Origin: a phage
Sequence record: PZ256263.1
Strand: one strand, 5' to 3'
Length of the DNA stretch: 64,000 bases
Positions within the stretch are counted from its first letter, which is position 1. Every line of letters begins with the position of its first letter. The notes under the pieces were generated by a model. The model made no database searches, was not told the DNA's origin, and saw only the letters and a program-made list of their open reading frames with translations. Shown piece after piece: positions 1 through 9,674 of the stretch. The position numbers were made by a program, and so were the translations under genes.

Positions 1-180
1 AAGTTCGGAATCTCTAGAGCTGTAATCCGAGTTAAGTGGTCTAAAGAAGAAGATCAGTTCCTTATCCGTAATGCTGGGTTCATGTCTATTCAGAGAATGG
101 CTGACATGCTCGGTAGAAGTTATGCTGCTGTACAGAACAGGGCATGTATGCACCTTAACATTAGCCTCAAACTTAAATAG
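1..180 (+). CDS. 5'-truncated ORF at window edge; C-terminal Myb/SANT-like helix-turn-helix domain
   Basis: Frame 1 is open from base 1 to TAG at 178-180; translation ...WSKEEDQFLIRNAGFMSIQRMADMLGRSYAAVQNRA matches the W-x-EED...LGRS...Q-x-R spacing of Myb/SANT DNA-binding repeats. Confidence 0.4.
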   Translation, partial: KFGISRAVIRVKWSKEEDQFLIRNAGFMSIQRMADMLGRSYAAVQNRACMHLNISLKLK

Positions 181-188
181 GAATCAAT

Positions 189-443
189 ATGAAAGTTAAT
201 GAGTTAAACAAAACTACCAAGACTGTGAAACTGCACACTCTGAAAAAGGGTGATACATTCCGTTTAGAGGAGAATGGTCCAATCCATATGGTTTGTACTG
301 CGGCATCTACTAACTGGGTAGAAGTTGCACGAGATCGAGTAGTGTGTGTCAGGCTGGAAGATGGTAGTCTGAGCGGTCCAGTTGAAGGTATCTCTGTTAT
401 TCCTGTTAAGGTTGAAGCTAACGTTATTAAGGACTCTAAATGA
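189..443 (+). CDS. small early protein, possible member of tandem paralog family A
   Basis: Track ORF 84 aa; weak shared pattern (GDTF...HMV...VRLEDGSLS) with the 440, 688 and 1624 ORFs; stop/start overlap with next gene. Confidence 0.5.
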   Translation: MKVNELNKTTKTVKLHTLKKGDTFRLEENGPIHMVCTAASTNWVEVARDRVVCVRLEDGSLSGPVEGISVIPVKVEANVIKDSK

Positions 444-685
444 AGATCATCCCAAAGAAAAAGGATAATACGGTACGGTTGGAAACGATCATTCCCGGAA
501 ACCCCTTCGTGGTTCAGCACGGAAGTGCCTCTCCTCAATATTATATGAGGGTTGAAAATGCTTCTGGTAATATCCGTATAGCCAGTGGCTGGGTTCCTGT
601 GGTAAACCTTTCCACAGGTGTACTATCTGTTAAAGGTCTTGATGATCAGGTAGAAATGATTCGTATGTCAGTGGTTCAGGAGTAG
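440..685 (+). CDS. small early protein, tandem paralog family A
   Basis: Track ORF 81 aa; shares YYMR...G...VNLSTGVLS motif with ORF 1624-1866 and ORF 688-936. Confidence 0.55.
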   Translation: MKIIPKKKDNTVRLETIIPGNPFVVQHGSASPQYYMRVENASGNIRIASGWVPVVNLSTGVLSVKGLDDQVEMIRMSVVQE

Positions 686-687
686 GT

Positions 688-936
688 ATGAGCATCATTA
701 ATATTAAGGTTAAGGGCAAGGAGGAAATAGTCCTCCGTGTTAGAGATCTAAATATGTCAGATGTGTTCACTCTCCAAGAGTGTCAGAATCAAAAGATTTA
801 TATGCTTACAGCTAAAAGCAGGGGCTGTCAACCTGCTGGAGCTGTTAACCTAGGCACTGGAGAACTACGTGTCATCTCTGGTGATATGGTTGTTGGTGAG
901 AAGTTTATTAAGGCTGAAATCATCTTAACTTCATAG
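688..936 (+). CDS. small early protein, tandem paralog family A
   Basis: Track ORF 82 aa; IYM...GAVNLGTGELRV motif shared with 440 and 1624 ORFs. Confidence 0.5.
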   Translation: MSIINIKVKGKEEIVLRVRDLNMSDVFTLQECQNQKIYMLTAKSRGCQPAGAVNLGTGELRVISGDMVVGEKFIKAEIILTS

Positions 937-944
937 GTGATCTA

Positions 945-1157
945 ATGACACAAGAAGAGAAAGATATACTCATCCAGAATGCGTATCTACTGTTTTCCTC
1001 TGAGGATGTTCTGTTCGATCAGCTTTCTAAATTGTGGAAAGTGTCCGAAGAAGAGACTAAAGAGAAGTTTTATTCTGGCATAACAGAAGATTACAAATCT
1101 TTTCTTGGTGAGGTGCTGAGAGATCGGCATGTGTATCTAAGTAATTACGCCTGTTAA
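945..1157 (+). CDS. hypothetical protein
   Basis: Track ORF 70 aa, co-directional and closely spaced with neighbours. Confidence 0.45.
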   Translation: MTQEEKDILIQNAYLLFSSEDVLFDQLSKLWKVSEEETKEKFYSGITEDYKSFLGEVLRDRHVYLSNYAC

Positions 1158-1390
1158 TAGGAAAACAAGTGATCACATTTAATGATTCTACAGAAGAAAT
1201 GACCAACATGAAAGGCTTCGGTCAACGACAGCCTGACGGTTCAATTATCTGGTTCGTAAATGGACAGAAAAAGGTAGCTAAATAAGCCCTCTTCTCTCCT
1301 CCTTTTAGTACTATGACGCCTCTCTGTGGGCGGCCCAATTTGCGTAGGGAATTCCCTCTACGCAGTCATGATTTTTAAGGAATTTCCCCT

Positions 1391-1624
1391 ATGTCTAAAG
1401 TAAGTGCAATTGATGCAATCCGTCAACCGTTCCAGTTCCAATCCAAATCAACCCAAACCTTCAGCGAGCCTAAGCAAATTCGCTTGGGTGGCACAGAGAA
1501 GACTGTGTTTGATCTGGCTAAAAACAAGAGCGTTACCGTAGTTGATGGTGGCACTCTGGTTAACGTTTCCCATCGTATCCGCACTGGCAAAACTGCCAAA
1601 GATCGTGCTAAGAAAGGTGAGTAA
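1391..1624 (+). CDS. hypothetical protein (possible distant member of paralog family A)
   Basis: Track ORF 77 aa; TGA/ATG overlap with next gene; SD-like AAGGAA upstream. Confidence 0.5.
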   Translation: MSKVSAIDAIRQPFQFQSKSTQTFSEPKQIRLGGTEKTVFDLAKNKSVTVVDGGTLVNVSHRIRTGKTAKDRAKKGE

Positions 1625-1866
1625 TGAAAATAGGGAAACCAGCTAAGGATGTTCTAGCGAAGATTGGTGATATCTCTATTGGGGAAGTTTTCTCAGCTGA
1701 GCACTTTTCAAGTTACTACATGAGAATCCCTGACACTAAAGTTGAGGGTTGCATCATCCCTGCCAACGCAGTTAACCTGAACACAGGACACCTGTCTGCA
1801 TTCAAACCTGATTCACAGGTTACTGAAATCAAAGATGCCTACCTCGCCTTTGGTGGGGATAAGTAG
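1624..1866 (+). CDS. small early protein, tandem paralog family A
   Basis: Track ORF 80 aa; SYYMRIPDTKVEGCIIPANAVNLNTGHLS closely parallels ORF 440-685. Confidence 0.55.
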   Translation: MKIGKPAKDVLAKIGDISIGEVFSAEHFSSYYMRIPDTKVEGCIIPANAVNLNTGHLSAFKPDSQVTEIKDAYLAFGGDK

Positions 1867-2097
1867 AGTAACATCTATAGCCTTCTTCTGAGGGCTATGT
1901 GAGTTATTCTGACTCAACTAACCTAATCTTAATATATTTCCCGTATGGGGCCGATGCTAGGGCGAGGAATGTTCCTCAAACATCCGTCGGATAGATATTT
2001 TAAGAGCAGGTTATCCACAGATATTGGGTAATATCTTTTTGGATTTAAAGCTTGGCTCTTTTCGGAGAGTCCTTTTTTAAATTCAATGAGAGGAAAT

Positions 2098-2250
2098 ATG
2101 TCTAAATTAGATTTAAAACTGCTAGCAGCAGCGATAGTGATTTGTGCACTAGCACTGGTAACGCAGAGAACATCTGGATTTATTCAGTGTTTCTTTTCTG
2201 GGCAATCCACTTATCAGTGGGTTATTGACGAGTGTAAACAACAGGAGTAA
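2098..2250 (+). CDS. small membrane/secreted protein (50 aa)
   Basis: ATG preceded by GAGAGGAAA; translation MSKLDLKLLAAAIVICALALVTQ... has an N-terminal hydrophobic segment; stop lies 2 nt before the next start; below the track size cutoff. Confidence 0.35.
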   Translation: MSKLDLKLLAAAIVICALALVTQRTSGFIQCFFSGQSTYQWVIDECKQQE

Positions 2251-2252
2251 GT

Positions 2253-2615
2253 ATGAATACACGTCCCATCAAGGGCAACGTTAATATTGAAACTCTGAAC
2301 AAGGTTGCATCAAACCTCGGTGGAATGTCCAACGATGAGCTTGAGCAAGAACTTGCTTGGATTGCAAGTGGTATCAAAGTTGCTAAAGGTAAGATTGCTC
2401 GTGAGCAAAGCAACATGAAAGCTCACAAGTATGTCATCCGTCATGCAAACATGTTACCAGAGCGGGTTGTACATCTTGCCCGTAAAAACTACGCAGAAGC
2501 AAAGAAAGCTCTGGAAGAAGCTACTTTCCAGAAGCATCAATTTATGAACAACTATAGAAACTTCCGAGATATTCTTTATATCCGTAAGTCGATTGAGTTG
2601 ATTAAAAACCAATAG
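2253..2615 (+). CDS. hypothetical protein
   Basis: Track ORF 120 aa; SD AGGAG upstream. Confidence 0.55.
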   Translation: MNTRPIKGNVNIETLNKVASNLGGMSNDELEQELAWIASGIKVAKGKIAREQSNMKAHKYVIRHANMLPERVVHLARKNYAEAKKALEEATFQKHQFMNNYRNFRDILYIRKSIELIKNQ

Positions 2616-2626
2616 AGGTTGGTATA

Positions 2627-3820
2627 ATGTTTCCAGTAACATTAGAAGATACTGAAGGTAATGTTTTAACGGTCAACCCTCCTTGTTATGGGTTCCTTCA
2701 GCTTCGCAACTATAACGGTGGCGTTGATGAAGATGATGACGAAGATGAATACTTCGACCCTAACATGTATGAGGCAACTCATGGGTGGAATATGCACGTT
2801 CGAGTGTGGCATGAAGAAGCTAACGTTCGTAGTGCTGATGGGGAAGAGTTCCTGTTGAGCCGAGAGATGGATATGTGTAAAATCAAGCATATCTGGAACT
2901 CCGGAACTCACATGAAGATGTTAGGTTTTAGACGTTGGCGTGATGAAAAACCTGTATCCGCAGCTTTAGGTTGGGGTGCTATTGATTACGAAGGCGAGCT
3001 TAAAAACAACATTGAACGTTGGAATGACAAAAACCCTGAACATCGAACCACACCTCGTGCTGTACTGGAAGCTATGGAAGCATTTGTGGACAAAGATCGT
3101 CCCTCCTGTTTACGCTGGCACGATAAAGGTTTTATGGGGGTAGCAACTGAAAATGTTCCTGCTGATCGTTGTCTATTCTATTTGATGTTAGATCGAACCT
3201 TCTATTGTGAAGATGAAGAGAGTCAAGTTGAAACCTTCCTCCACAAATGGTTGGTTGAAGGCTGGACAATCCTTCAGTCTTATGTTTACTCACGAATGGT
3301 TAGCACTTACACTAACCTCTTGGGTGAAACGAAAGCAACTCTGGTTGGTAATGATTGGGATGCTTGTATCTTCCCAGCGTCACTATTTACAGTCGGCATG
3401 GCTGATAAATACGCTGAAGCATTTCAAGTGCCTTGGCGTCAACAGTCGTATAGAGACGGGTGTGGTCACTTCCGTGATGAAGACTTTAAGTGGATTCATT
3501 ATGAGAACGATGAAACAGCAGAATTGCGAGTTAACAACTCAATGTTCTTGCCAGTGATGCACCCCGATCTAGTAAAAGATGGGTCAGAGATACTTAAAGG
3601 TGATAATCTTTTGGTTAACTTTACCCGTCGCGTGTCTAAAAATGAGAGAACAGCTAACAGGCTAATCTACGGCATTCGTGCCGAGGCTAAAGACCTGTTC
3701 AACATCTACAACATTATTCAGCGATTTAGTAGTGGAACTCTGGACCAAAGTTCGGAGTATTCAGTGATTCCATCCTCTGAGTGGGATGGTATTATGAGCG
3801 GATTATTTTTAGGAAAATAA
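2627..3820 (+). CDS. hypothetical protein, first gene of amidoligase/GATase cluster
   Basis: Track ORF 397 aa; tightly packed with downstream genes; no recognisable motif. Confidence 0.6.
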   Translation: MFPVTLEDTEGNVLTVNPPCYGFLQLRNYNGGVDEDDDEDEYFDPNMYEATHGWNMHVRVWHEEANVRSADGEEFLLSREMDMCKIKHIWNSGTHMKMLGFRRWRDEKPVSAALGWGAIDYEGELKNNIERWNDKNPEHRTTPRAVLEAMEAFVDKDRPSCLRWHDKGFMGVATENVPADRCLFYLMLDRTFYCEDEESQVETFLHKWLVEGWTILQSYVYSRMVSTYTNLLGETKATLVGNDWDACIFPASLFTVGMADKYAEAFQVPWRQQSYRDGCGHFRDEDFKWIHYENDETAELRVNNSMFLPVMHPDLVKDGSEILKGDNLLVNFTRRVSKNERTANRLIYGIRAEAKDLFNIYNIIQRFSSGTLDQSSEYSVIPSSEWDGIMSGLFLGK

Positions 3821-3830
3821 AAGGTTAGTT

Positions 3831-4802
3831 ATGTCAATCTCCACAACGATCGTACCTCAGAATCTTCAACAAGATTTAGGGGAACAGAAGTTCTTAGGTC
3901 GTGGGTGCTTCGGTATTCACAACTACATGCAAGGCCAGTGTGTAAATGACATTAATGGTGAAGTTATCACGGAAGAAGGGCGCTATCGTCGCTTCAACCG
4001 CGATATCAACTTGCAACTGGAGATGTTGAATTACTGGACTCACTCTTTTCATGGTCATGTTGCATCCGATATTGAAAAGAACTTGATTGAAACAGCGGAC
4101 ATTATGAACTCTATGTCTTGCTATCGTGATGTATTTACAATCACTTCAGCGAACAGTGTTGCTGTCAATCTTCGTGAGCATCCAGCAGATCAGATCTTCA
4201 CAGGACTTATGCTCTTCCGTAGCATTCTGGAAGGGCAGTATCGTGGAATGGATTTCCTAGCAGAAGGAATTGAAGACAGGGAAGAGTGGCTGAAGCGTAA
4301 ACGCATCGGAATCGCTCTAGTGTTAGCTGGGTTAGGTCGTGACTTCTTCGGTGGGTGGTCTCAACGAGGAATAGCCAATGGGAATAGCGAGAGCACCTCT
4401 ATTGTTATTAATAACAATATGTCAGCAGCAGCATTCCTTCCTTTGGTTGTAGACTCTGATGAATACACGAAACAAGTATGGGTTCAAAATCCCTTCGGTG
4501 TTGGTGACAATGAGAATGGTTATGTTCGTAACCATAACCCAGAGGCCTTACGAAGATTTGCTCGTGCTAAAGATCAAGACCCAACTGAGTATGCAACAAT
4601 GTCAGAGTGGTTAAGACTCTGGTCCATCTGTTATGGTCACAAACGTGAAGCAATAGACGACAAGTTGGGAAACATTACAGTACAAAACTTTACAGCCCGA
4701 CTGATTCAAAGAACTGGAGCAGATTCCGGTCTTACTCTTGAAGAAGTTGGTAACACAATCTCATCTCTCTTTTCTGAACTAGTGGAGTATTACAATGACT
4801 AA
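3831..4802 (+). CDS. hypothetical protein (cluster member)
   Basis: Track ORF 323 aa; overlaps next gene start by 8 nt. Confidence 0.6.
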   Translation: MSISTTIVPQNLQQDLGEQKFLGRGCFGIHNYMQGQCVNDINGEVITEEGRYRRFNRDINLQLEMLNYWTHSFHGHVASDIEKNLIETADIMNSMSCYRDVFTITSANSVAVNLREHPADQIFTGLMLFRSILEGQYRGMDFLAEGIEDREEWLKRKRIGIALVLAGLGRDFFGGWSQRGIANGNSESTSIVINNNMSAAAFLPLVVDSDEYTKQVWVQNPFGVGDNENGYVRNHNPEALRRFARAKDQDPTEYATMSEWLRLWSICYGHKREAIDDKLGNITVQNFTARLIQRTGADSGLTLEEVGNTISSLFSELVEYYND

Positions 4803-5601
4803 GCGCAAATTCCTCATCGGCTCTGACCCTGAAATGTTCGTTCGTACTAACAACGGTATCATCACCTCTGTGGCTGGTCTGTTAGGCTGTTCTAAGGACG
4901 ATAAGATCACTCTGGCTAAGGATGTTCGTCTTCAAGAGGACAACGTACTGGCTGAGTTTGATATTGACCCACAGAGCGGCTTTGAAGCGTTTAACGATAA
5001 CATGCAACGTGGTATCGATCTCACCAACAATGTCCTGAACAAACTGGACATGGAAACAGCTCCGGGTGTTAGCTCTCACATCTTCACTGAAGAAGAGATG
5101 AAGACTTTCAATGAATCAGCGTTCATCTTCGGATGTACTCCTGATTTCAACGCTTTCACTGGTCAGAAGAATCCATCCCCGACTTCTCAGAACAAGGGGC
5201 TTCGTACTGCCGGTGGTCACGTACATCTTGGCGTAGTTGGTGCTTTGGATATCACCCTGCAAACTCAGATGATGCTGGGTGTGCTGTGTGACTATTTCCT
5301 GTCCCTCCCAGCAGTTATTATGGATAAAGATACTCGCCGTAAAGAACTCTACGGTAAAGCGTCTGCAATCCGTTATAAAGACTATGGTATTGAATATCGT
5401 TCACTGTCTAACTTCTGGATTAGTGATCGTGAAAACCGTAAGTTTGTTTATGATCAGGTTGACAAAGTTGTTCAGCAGTGTGATATGTCCACTCTGATGG
5501 CATTGCACTCTCGCCTTCCGATTGAGAAGCTTCATGAAATCATTAACGGCAACAACGTTAAAGAAGCGGACCAGCAGATCAAACTCCTTCAGGTAGCATA
5601 A
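4795..5601 (+). CDS. amidoligase-like (carboxylate-amine ligase) enzyme, paralog 1
   Basis: Track ORF 268 aa; motif series GSDPE ... LAEFDIDP ... GGHVHLG ... YGIEYRS parallels the series in ORF 6225-7328. Confidence 0.55.
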   Translation: MTKRKFLIGSDPEMFVRTNNGIITSVAGLLGCSKDDKITLAKDVRLQEDNVLAEFDIDPQSGFEAFNDNMQRGIDLTNNVLNKLDMETAPGVSSHIFTEEEMKTFNESAFIFGCTPDFNAFTGQKNPSPTSQNKGLRTAGGHVHLGVVGALDITLQTQMMLGVLCDYFLSLPAVIMDKDTRRKELYGKASAIRYKDYGIEYRSLSNFWISDRENRKFVYDQVDKVVQQCDMSTLMALHSRLPIEKLHEIINGNNVKEADQQIKLLQVA

Positions 5602-5610
5602 GAGGTTATC

Positions 5611-6228
5611 GTGAGCTTAGTAGCTGATTTTTCTCATTACTATAATGGTACATGGATTGCTAAACGAGCAGGTAATATCAACCTTCCGTGTTTTGTGATT
5701 GGTGTTGAGCAGAGCGGTAACTTCCGCAGTGATGACTTCTCTCACGAAGCAGAACAGGCTCTGTACTTTGTTGTAGAGCAGTGGTACAAGAACGAGCAAG
5801 GGAATCTTCGAAACACTACGATGAACATTCCAGTGTTCGACCCAACCTTGATTCTTGAATCACCTGATGTTGGTTATCTGTTCCATAACGGTAACACTGT
5901 AAGCTGGACTCATATTAACCCTGTTCGTCAGAGAGCAAAGGGTTTAATGGGTAATAAGATTCGAAATGCTCCGGGTGTTGGTCGTGCTATCTCCGGGGAG
6001 ATGGTTTACAGTCTGTTCAATCCTGAATTCGAAGGATTGGTTACTCGTTATATTTACATCAACCCTACTGATGGTAAGGTGCATTATAAAGGTGCACTGG
6101 TAGGACAAGTAGATCTGGAAGCGCCTCGTGACTCTTACGGTCAGCAACCGATGCGACTTCTGGAACACTTTCATCACATTTCTGAAAACCTTAGCAATTA
6201 TAATATTACGTTGGTGGATTCGTTATGA
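5611..6228 (+). CDS. hypothetical protein (cluster member)
   Basis: Track ORF 205 aa starting at GTG with AAGAGG upstream; overlaps next gene by 4 nt. Confidence 0.55.
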   Translation: MSLVADFSHYYNGTWIAKRAGNINLPCFVIGVEQSGNFRSDDFSHEAEQALYFVVEQWYKNEQGNLRNTTMNIPVFDPTLILESPDVGYLFHNGNTVSWTHINPVRQRAKGLMGNKIRNAPGVGRAISGEMVYSLFNPEFEGLVTRYIYINPTDGKVHYKGALVGQVDLEAPRDSYGQQPMRLLEHFHHISENLSNYNITLVDSL

Positions 6229-7328
6229 CAACTGTAGCGCAAACTTTTGGATATCGAGAAGGTCGTTTAACTGAGGAGCATAGTTCAATTGCACTTCAGT
6301 GCGGTGTCGGTATTGAACTTGAACTCGAAGGTTCCGATCATATCGAAGCAGATATGTGGGATTGTACAGAGGATGGTTCCCTGCGTAATGGTTGTGAAAT
6401 GGTATGTTCACGACCTTACAACGGACAGGAGTTGTTAGACGCTATCAACAACCTGAGTGAAGCAGTAGCTGAATCGCACGCCGAGGGGACTTGGCGTTGC
6501 TCTACTCACGTTCATATGGATATGAGGGATGCTGATAGTAATATCCTCAAGAAAACCATTCTCGCTTGGACCTTCTATGAAAAGATGTTGTTCAAGTGTT
6601 CAGGCTATCATCGTTACCGTAGCAACTTCTGCCCTGCTTTCGCAGTGGTACAGGCACAGGTAATGAATGCCTCTGACGCATTTAACTACGACGACGAAGA
6701 GTTCTTCAACCGTCTGGTTCGTTCATGGGATAAGTACACATCCCTAAATCTTCTGCCACTTGCCCAATACGGTTCGATTGAGTTCCGTATCAGTGAGCCT
6801 AAGTGGAAACGTGGTCAACTTCTCAATCTGGTTAACCGCTTCTTGATGTTGAAGAAGCTGGCTTTAGATAACGCAGAGATGAGCAATGATCAGTTTATCG
6901 AGCATTTAAATACTGTACGATTTGCCCCAATGCTTCCTTATCTTCCTCTGGATTACAATCTGGATGAATCGGATTTGCATTCAGGGTATTGTATGGCCCG
7001 TGATGTTTTGTATTGTCGTTCTCATGGAGTAGAGCAATCTGGTCGTATTCGTTTACGTCGAACCAACTCTAACGGAGAAGTTCTTGTTGATTTACGTCTT
7101 ATCTCAGACTTCTACGGATTCCTTGGATATGTTCGAGGGAACGCTAACAACTTGTACCAAGAGATTCTGGTTATGCTTCGTACAACTGATCTATCTACTG
7201 TACGATCTGCACCGGAGCAACGTATCCGTGCTATTTTTGACTTGCTACGTGAGTCAGGCCACAGTGATAACAACATCACAGGGTACATTCCAGATCATCT
7301 GGAAAATCAGTTAGAGCAAGCGCTGTAA
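6225..7328 (+). CDS. amidoligase-like (carboxylate-amine ligase) enzyme, paralog 2
   Basis: Track ORF 367 aa; GIELELEG ... EDGSLRNGCEMVCSRP ... STHVHMD ... YGSIEFRISE, consistent with phage amidoligase family signature as I recall it. Confidence 0.6.
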   Translation: MTTVAQTFGYREGRLTEEHSSIALQCGVGIELELEGSDHIEADMWDCTEDGSLRNGCEMVCSRPYNGQELLDAINNLSEAVAESHAEGTWRCSTHVHMDMRDADSNILKKTILAWTFYEKMLFKCSGYHRYRSNFCPAFAVVQAQVMNASDAFNYDDEEFFNRLVRSWDKYTSLNLLPLAQYGSIEFRISEPKWKRGQLLNLVNRFLMLKKLALDNAEMSNDQFIEHLNTVRFAPMLPYLPLDYNLDESDLHSGYCMARDVLYCRSHGVEQSGRIRLRRTNSNGEVLVDLRLISDFYGFLGYVRGNANNLYQEILVMLRTTDLSTVRSAPEQRIRAIFDLLRESGHSDNNITGYIPDHLENQLEQAL

Positions 7329-7407
7329 TCAATGGGTGCCTCTGGTAAAGGGGCACAATTTAAAGGTTAATTAGATGAAAGGGTTTACCCTTCAGGTGGA
7401 TTAGAAA

Positions 7408-9438
7408 ATTTGTGGCATCGTATTAGCTGGCGGTAATCTGTCAAGCACTGATTTAGACGTATTCAACCAACTCTTTTATGCTGGAGTATTCCGAGGACAG
7501 CACTCCTCTGGTATCTTTGGTCAGCGTAAGAGCACTAAGGAAGTCTTCACTTATAAAGAGGCACTTCCTTCTTTCGCATTCATCCTTCAAGATGAGTACA
7601 AGAAACACACCACTGGTGAAACAGCTTACACTGTAGCACCTTCATGGATTGTTGGTCACAGCCGTCATGCAACGAAAGGTGCAGTTAACGCCAAGAACGC
7701 CCATCCTTTCCAACATGGTAACATCACTCTGGTTCATAACGGAACCTTGATGGACCAAGATCTGTTACCTGACAGCAAAAACTTCGAGGTAGACAGTGAG
7801 AACATCTGCCACTCTATTAACACTATTGGTGCAGCAGAGACTATTCAAAAGCTGGATGGTGCTTTCACCTTAATCTGGCATGATGCTTCTGATAACCGTC
7901 TTCATATCATCCGTAACGAAGAGCGTCCATTCCACCTCGCACGTTGTAACAGGGATTGGTTTGGTGCTTCTGAAGAAGACATGTTGATGTGGATTCTAAA
8001 GCGTTCTAAGTCTCACAAAAACCGAATTGATGAGCACTTTGAATGTAAAGTTGGTACAGAATATATCTTTGATATGTCAAACAACAGCATGACTCTAGTT
8101 GAAGAGGTCGCCCACGAGCTTCCGGTTTTTACGGTAATCAATCGTTGGGGCAATTACTACTCGAACAACTACAGCCAAAGCAGCTATCAAAGTTCCTCAA
8201 AAAGCAGTACAAGCAATCCTTACGACACGAAGCCGGGAGTGACAGCGGCAGACGTTCGTCGAAGAAACGCAGTGGTAAGTCAAAACAAAATCGCAAGCGA
8301 TCGAAACATTGACATTCGCCGCGACATGACTGTGGAAATCACACCACATGAGTTTGTTCCTTATGCAACTGCTGGTGCTGTTCCTTCTCGTGGTAAGATG
8401 ATCGGTTATATCTACGATGAGAAGTCTCAAGAGTATATCGAAGGTGATGTTCATAACGTAGACATTAAGGCTTATCAGGATGCCCTGAAAGACCCTAAAA
8501 TCGTTTACCGTGGGACAGTATCCTGCATCTCCGAAGTTAATGCTATGGTTCGTTTAGTGATCACAGCAGGTCGTTTTGTTGACCCATCTCTGGAGAAAAA
8601 GGAGCCTGAGTCTACTACTGCTGACTTCGATGATGATATCCCTTTTGACATGAATGATAGTTTCGTCAATAAGAATGGCGTTACTATCACTCGTAAATTC
8701 TGGGAAGCACACTCTCACGGGGATTGTGGTGGTTGTGACAAACATATTGATTGGAAGGATGCACCTAAAGCAGTCTTCGCATATCAATGCTACTGGCACC
8801 CTGAATGTCTGGAAGGTTTGACTAAACCTAAAGATGAAGAAGAGGAGGAAACTCCTATTGGTGTTTGTGAAATCTGCGGTGAAGTTAAAACAGAGAATGA
8901 GTTCGATGAAGAGCTTAGTCGTCTTCGTGGTGAAGATATCTGTAAAGTCTGCGCTGTAGATGTAAAGAAGAAAGTGTCTAATGCTACGATCAAAGATGGT
9001 TATGTCTGGATTAAAGCAACAGATACAACAAACGCCCGTCGTCCTGAATTTGCTTTACGTGTAACTGAAGATATGATTGGTCGTATGACTGTATTACCTT
9101 CCTCAGCGAAACAGACAGGCATCACTCTGGAGGATGTTGTTGATGCTTATGTTGAGAAACGTAGCAACAGTATTTTTGCAATCTCAACTAAGCCAAAAAA
9201 GGAGGAACCTGCTGAGAAAGCAGGTGTGTTTCCTGAATCACGAACAGCTCTCCGCAAAACTGTTGTCAGCTTCGACGGAAACCGAAGCACTGACTTCACC
9301 AAAGCCATGTGGTCAACCCTCGGATACTGCTCAGAGTGTTTTAAGCAGATTCCGTGGCGCGATGCTGAAAGTTGTACGCTTGGTTCTATGAATCAAGTTT
9401 ATTGTAATTCTCCTAAATGTTCATTGAATAGAGGTTAA
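7408..9438 (+). CDS. class II (Ntn-type) glutamine amidotransferase domain protein with Cys-rich C-terminal region; predicted ATT start
   Basis: Frame is open from the TAG at 7402-7404; translation begins (I)CGIVLAGG...FRGQHSSGIF and continues ...GHSRHATKG...NAHPF...LVHNG, the class II GATase pattern; no in-frame ATG/GTG/TTG before 7747; AGGTGGA at 7394-7400 sits 7 nt before ATT. Confidence 0.65.
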   Translation: MCGIVLAGGNLSSTDLDVFNQLFYAGVFRGQHSSGIFGQRKSTKEVFTYKEALPSFAFILQDEYKKHTTGETAYTVAPSWIVGHSRHATKGAVNAKNAHPFQHGNITLVHNGTLMDQDLLPDSKNFEVDSENICHSINTIGAAETIQKLDGAFTLIWHDASDNRLHIIRNEERPFHLARCNRDWFGASEEDMLMWILKRSKSHKNRIDEHFECKVGTEYIFDMSNNSMTLVEEVAHELPVFTVINRWGNYYSNNYSQSSYQSSSKSSTSNPYDTKPGVTAADVRRRNAVVSQNKIASDRNIDIRRDMTVEITPHEFVPYATAGAVPSRGKMIGYIYDEKSQEYIEGDVHNVDIKAYQDALKDPKIVYRGTVSCISEVNAMVRLVITAGRFVDPSLEKKEPESTTADFDDDIPFDMNDSFVNKNGVTITRKFWEAHSHGDCGGCDKHIDWKDAPKAVFAYQCYWHPECLEGLTKPKDEEEEETPIGVCEICGEVKTENEFDEELSRLRGEDICKVCAVDVKKKVSNATIKDGYVWIKATDTTNARRPEFALRVTEDMIGRMTVLPSSAKQTGITLEDVVDAYVEKRSNSIFAISTKPKKEEPAEKAGVFPESRTALRKTVVSFDGNRSTDFTKAMWSTLGYCSECFKQIPWRDAESCTLGSMNQVYCNSPKCSLNRG

Positions 9439-9440
9439 GT

Positions 9441-9674
9441 ATGGAAATTCGTAAGATGATGCTGGATAACGTTGTAACCACTCGACGTATCCCGATGACG
9501 AGCACAGGATGTGATAACCTTCGTGCAATCCAGAAGTGGATGCAAGCTGGTATTGGTCAAGTACTTGAGACACAGGTTGAGGTTCCTTTCCCAACGGTGA
9601 TCAATAACGTACTTGCTGATTATGTAAAAATCAAAGGCATTAAGGTAGAACCTCATGTCAAATCTGGTTCCTAA
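9441..9674 (+). CDS. hypothetical protein
   Basis: Track ORF 77 aa immediately after GATase stop. Confidence 0.5.
   Translation: MEIRKMMLDNVVTTRRIPMTSTGCDNLRAIQKWMQAGIGQVLETQVEVPFPTVINNVLADYVKIKGIKVEPHVKSGS

Noticed and set aside
1199-1285. 28-codon ORF in the 1158-1390 gap
   Set aside because: No convincing Shine-Dalgarno and no supporting features; the gap more likely holds regulatory elements such as the hairpin at about 1344-1367.
7374-7404. Tiny upstream ORF as a possible leader peptide or propeptide for the GATase
   Set aside because: Its ATG is out of frame with the GATase; the in-frame TAG at 7402-7404 separates any upstream reading frame from the Cys codon, so AUU initiation is the simpler explanation.
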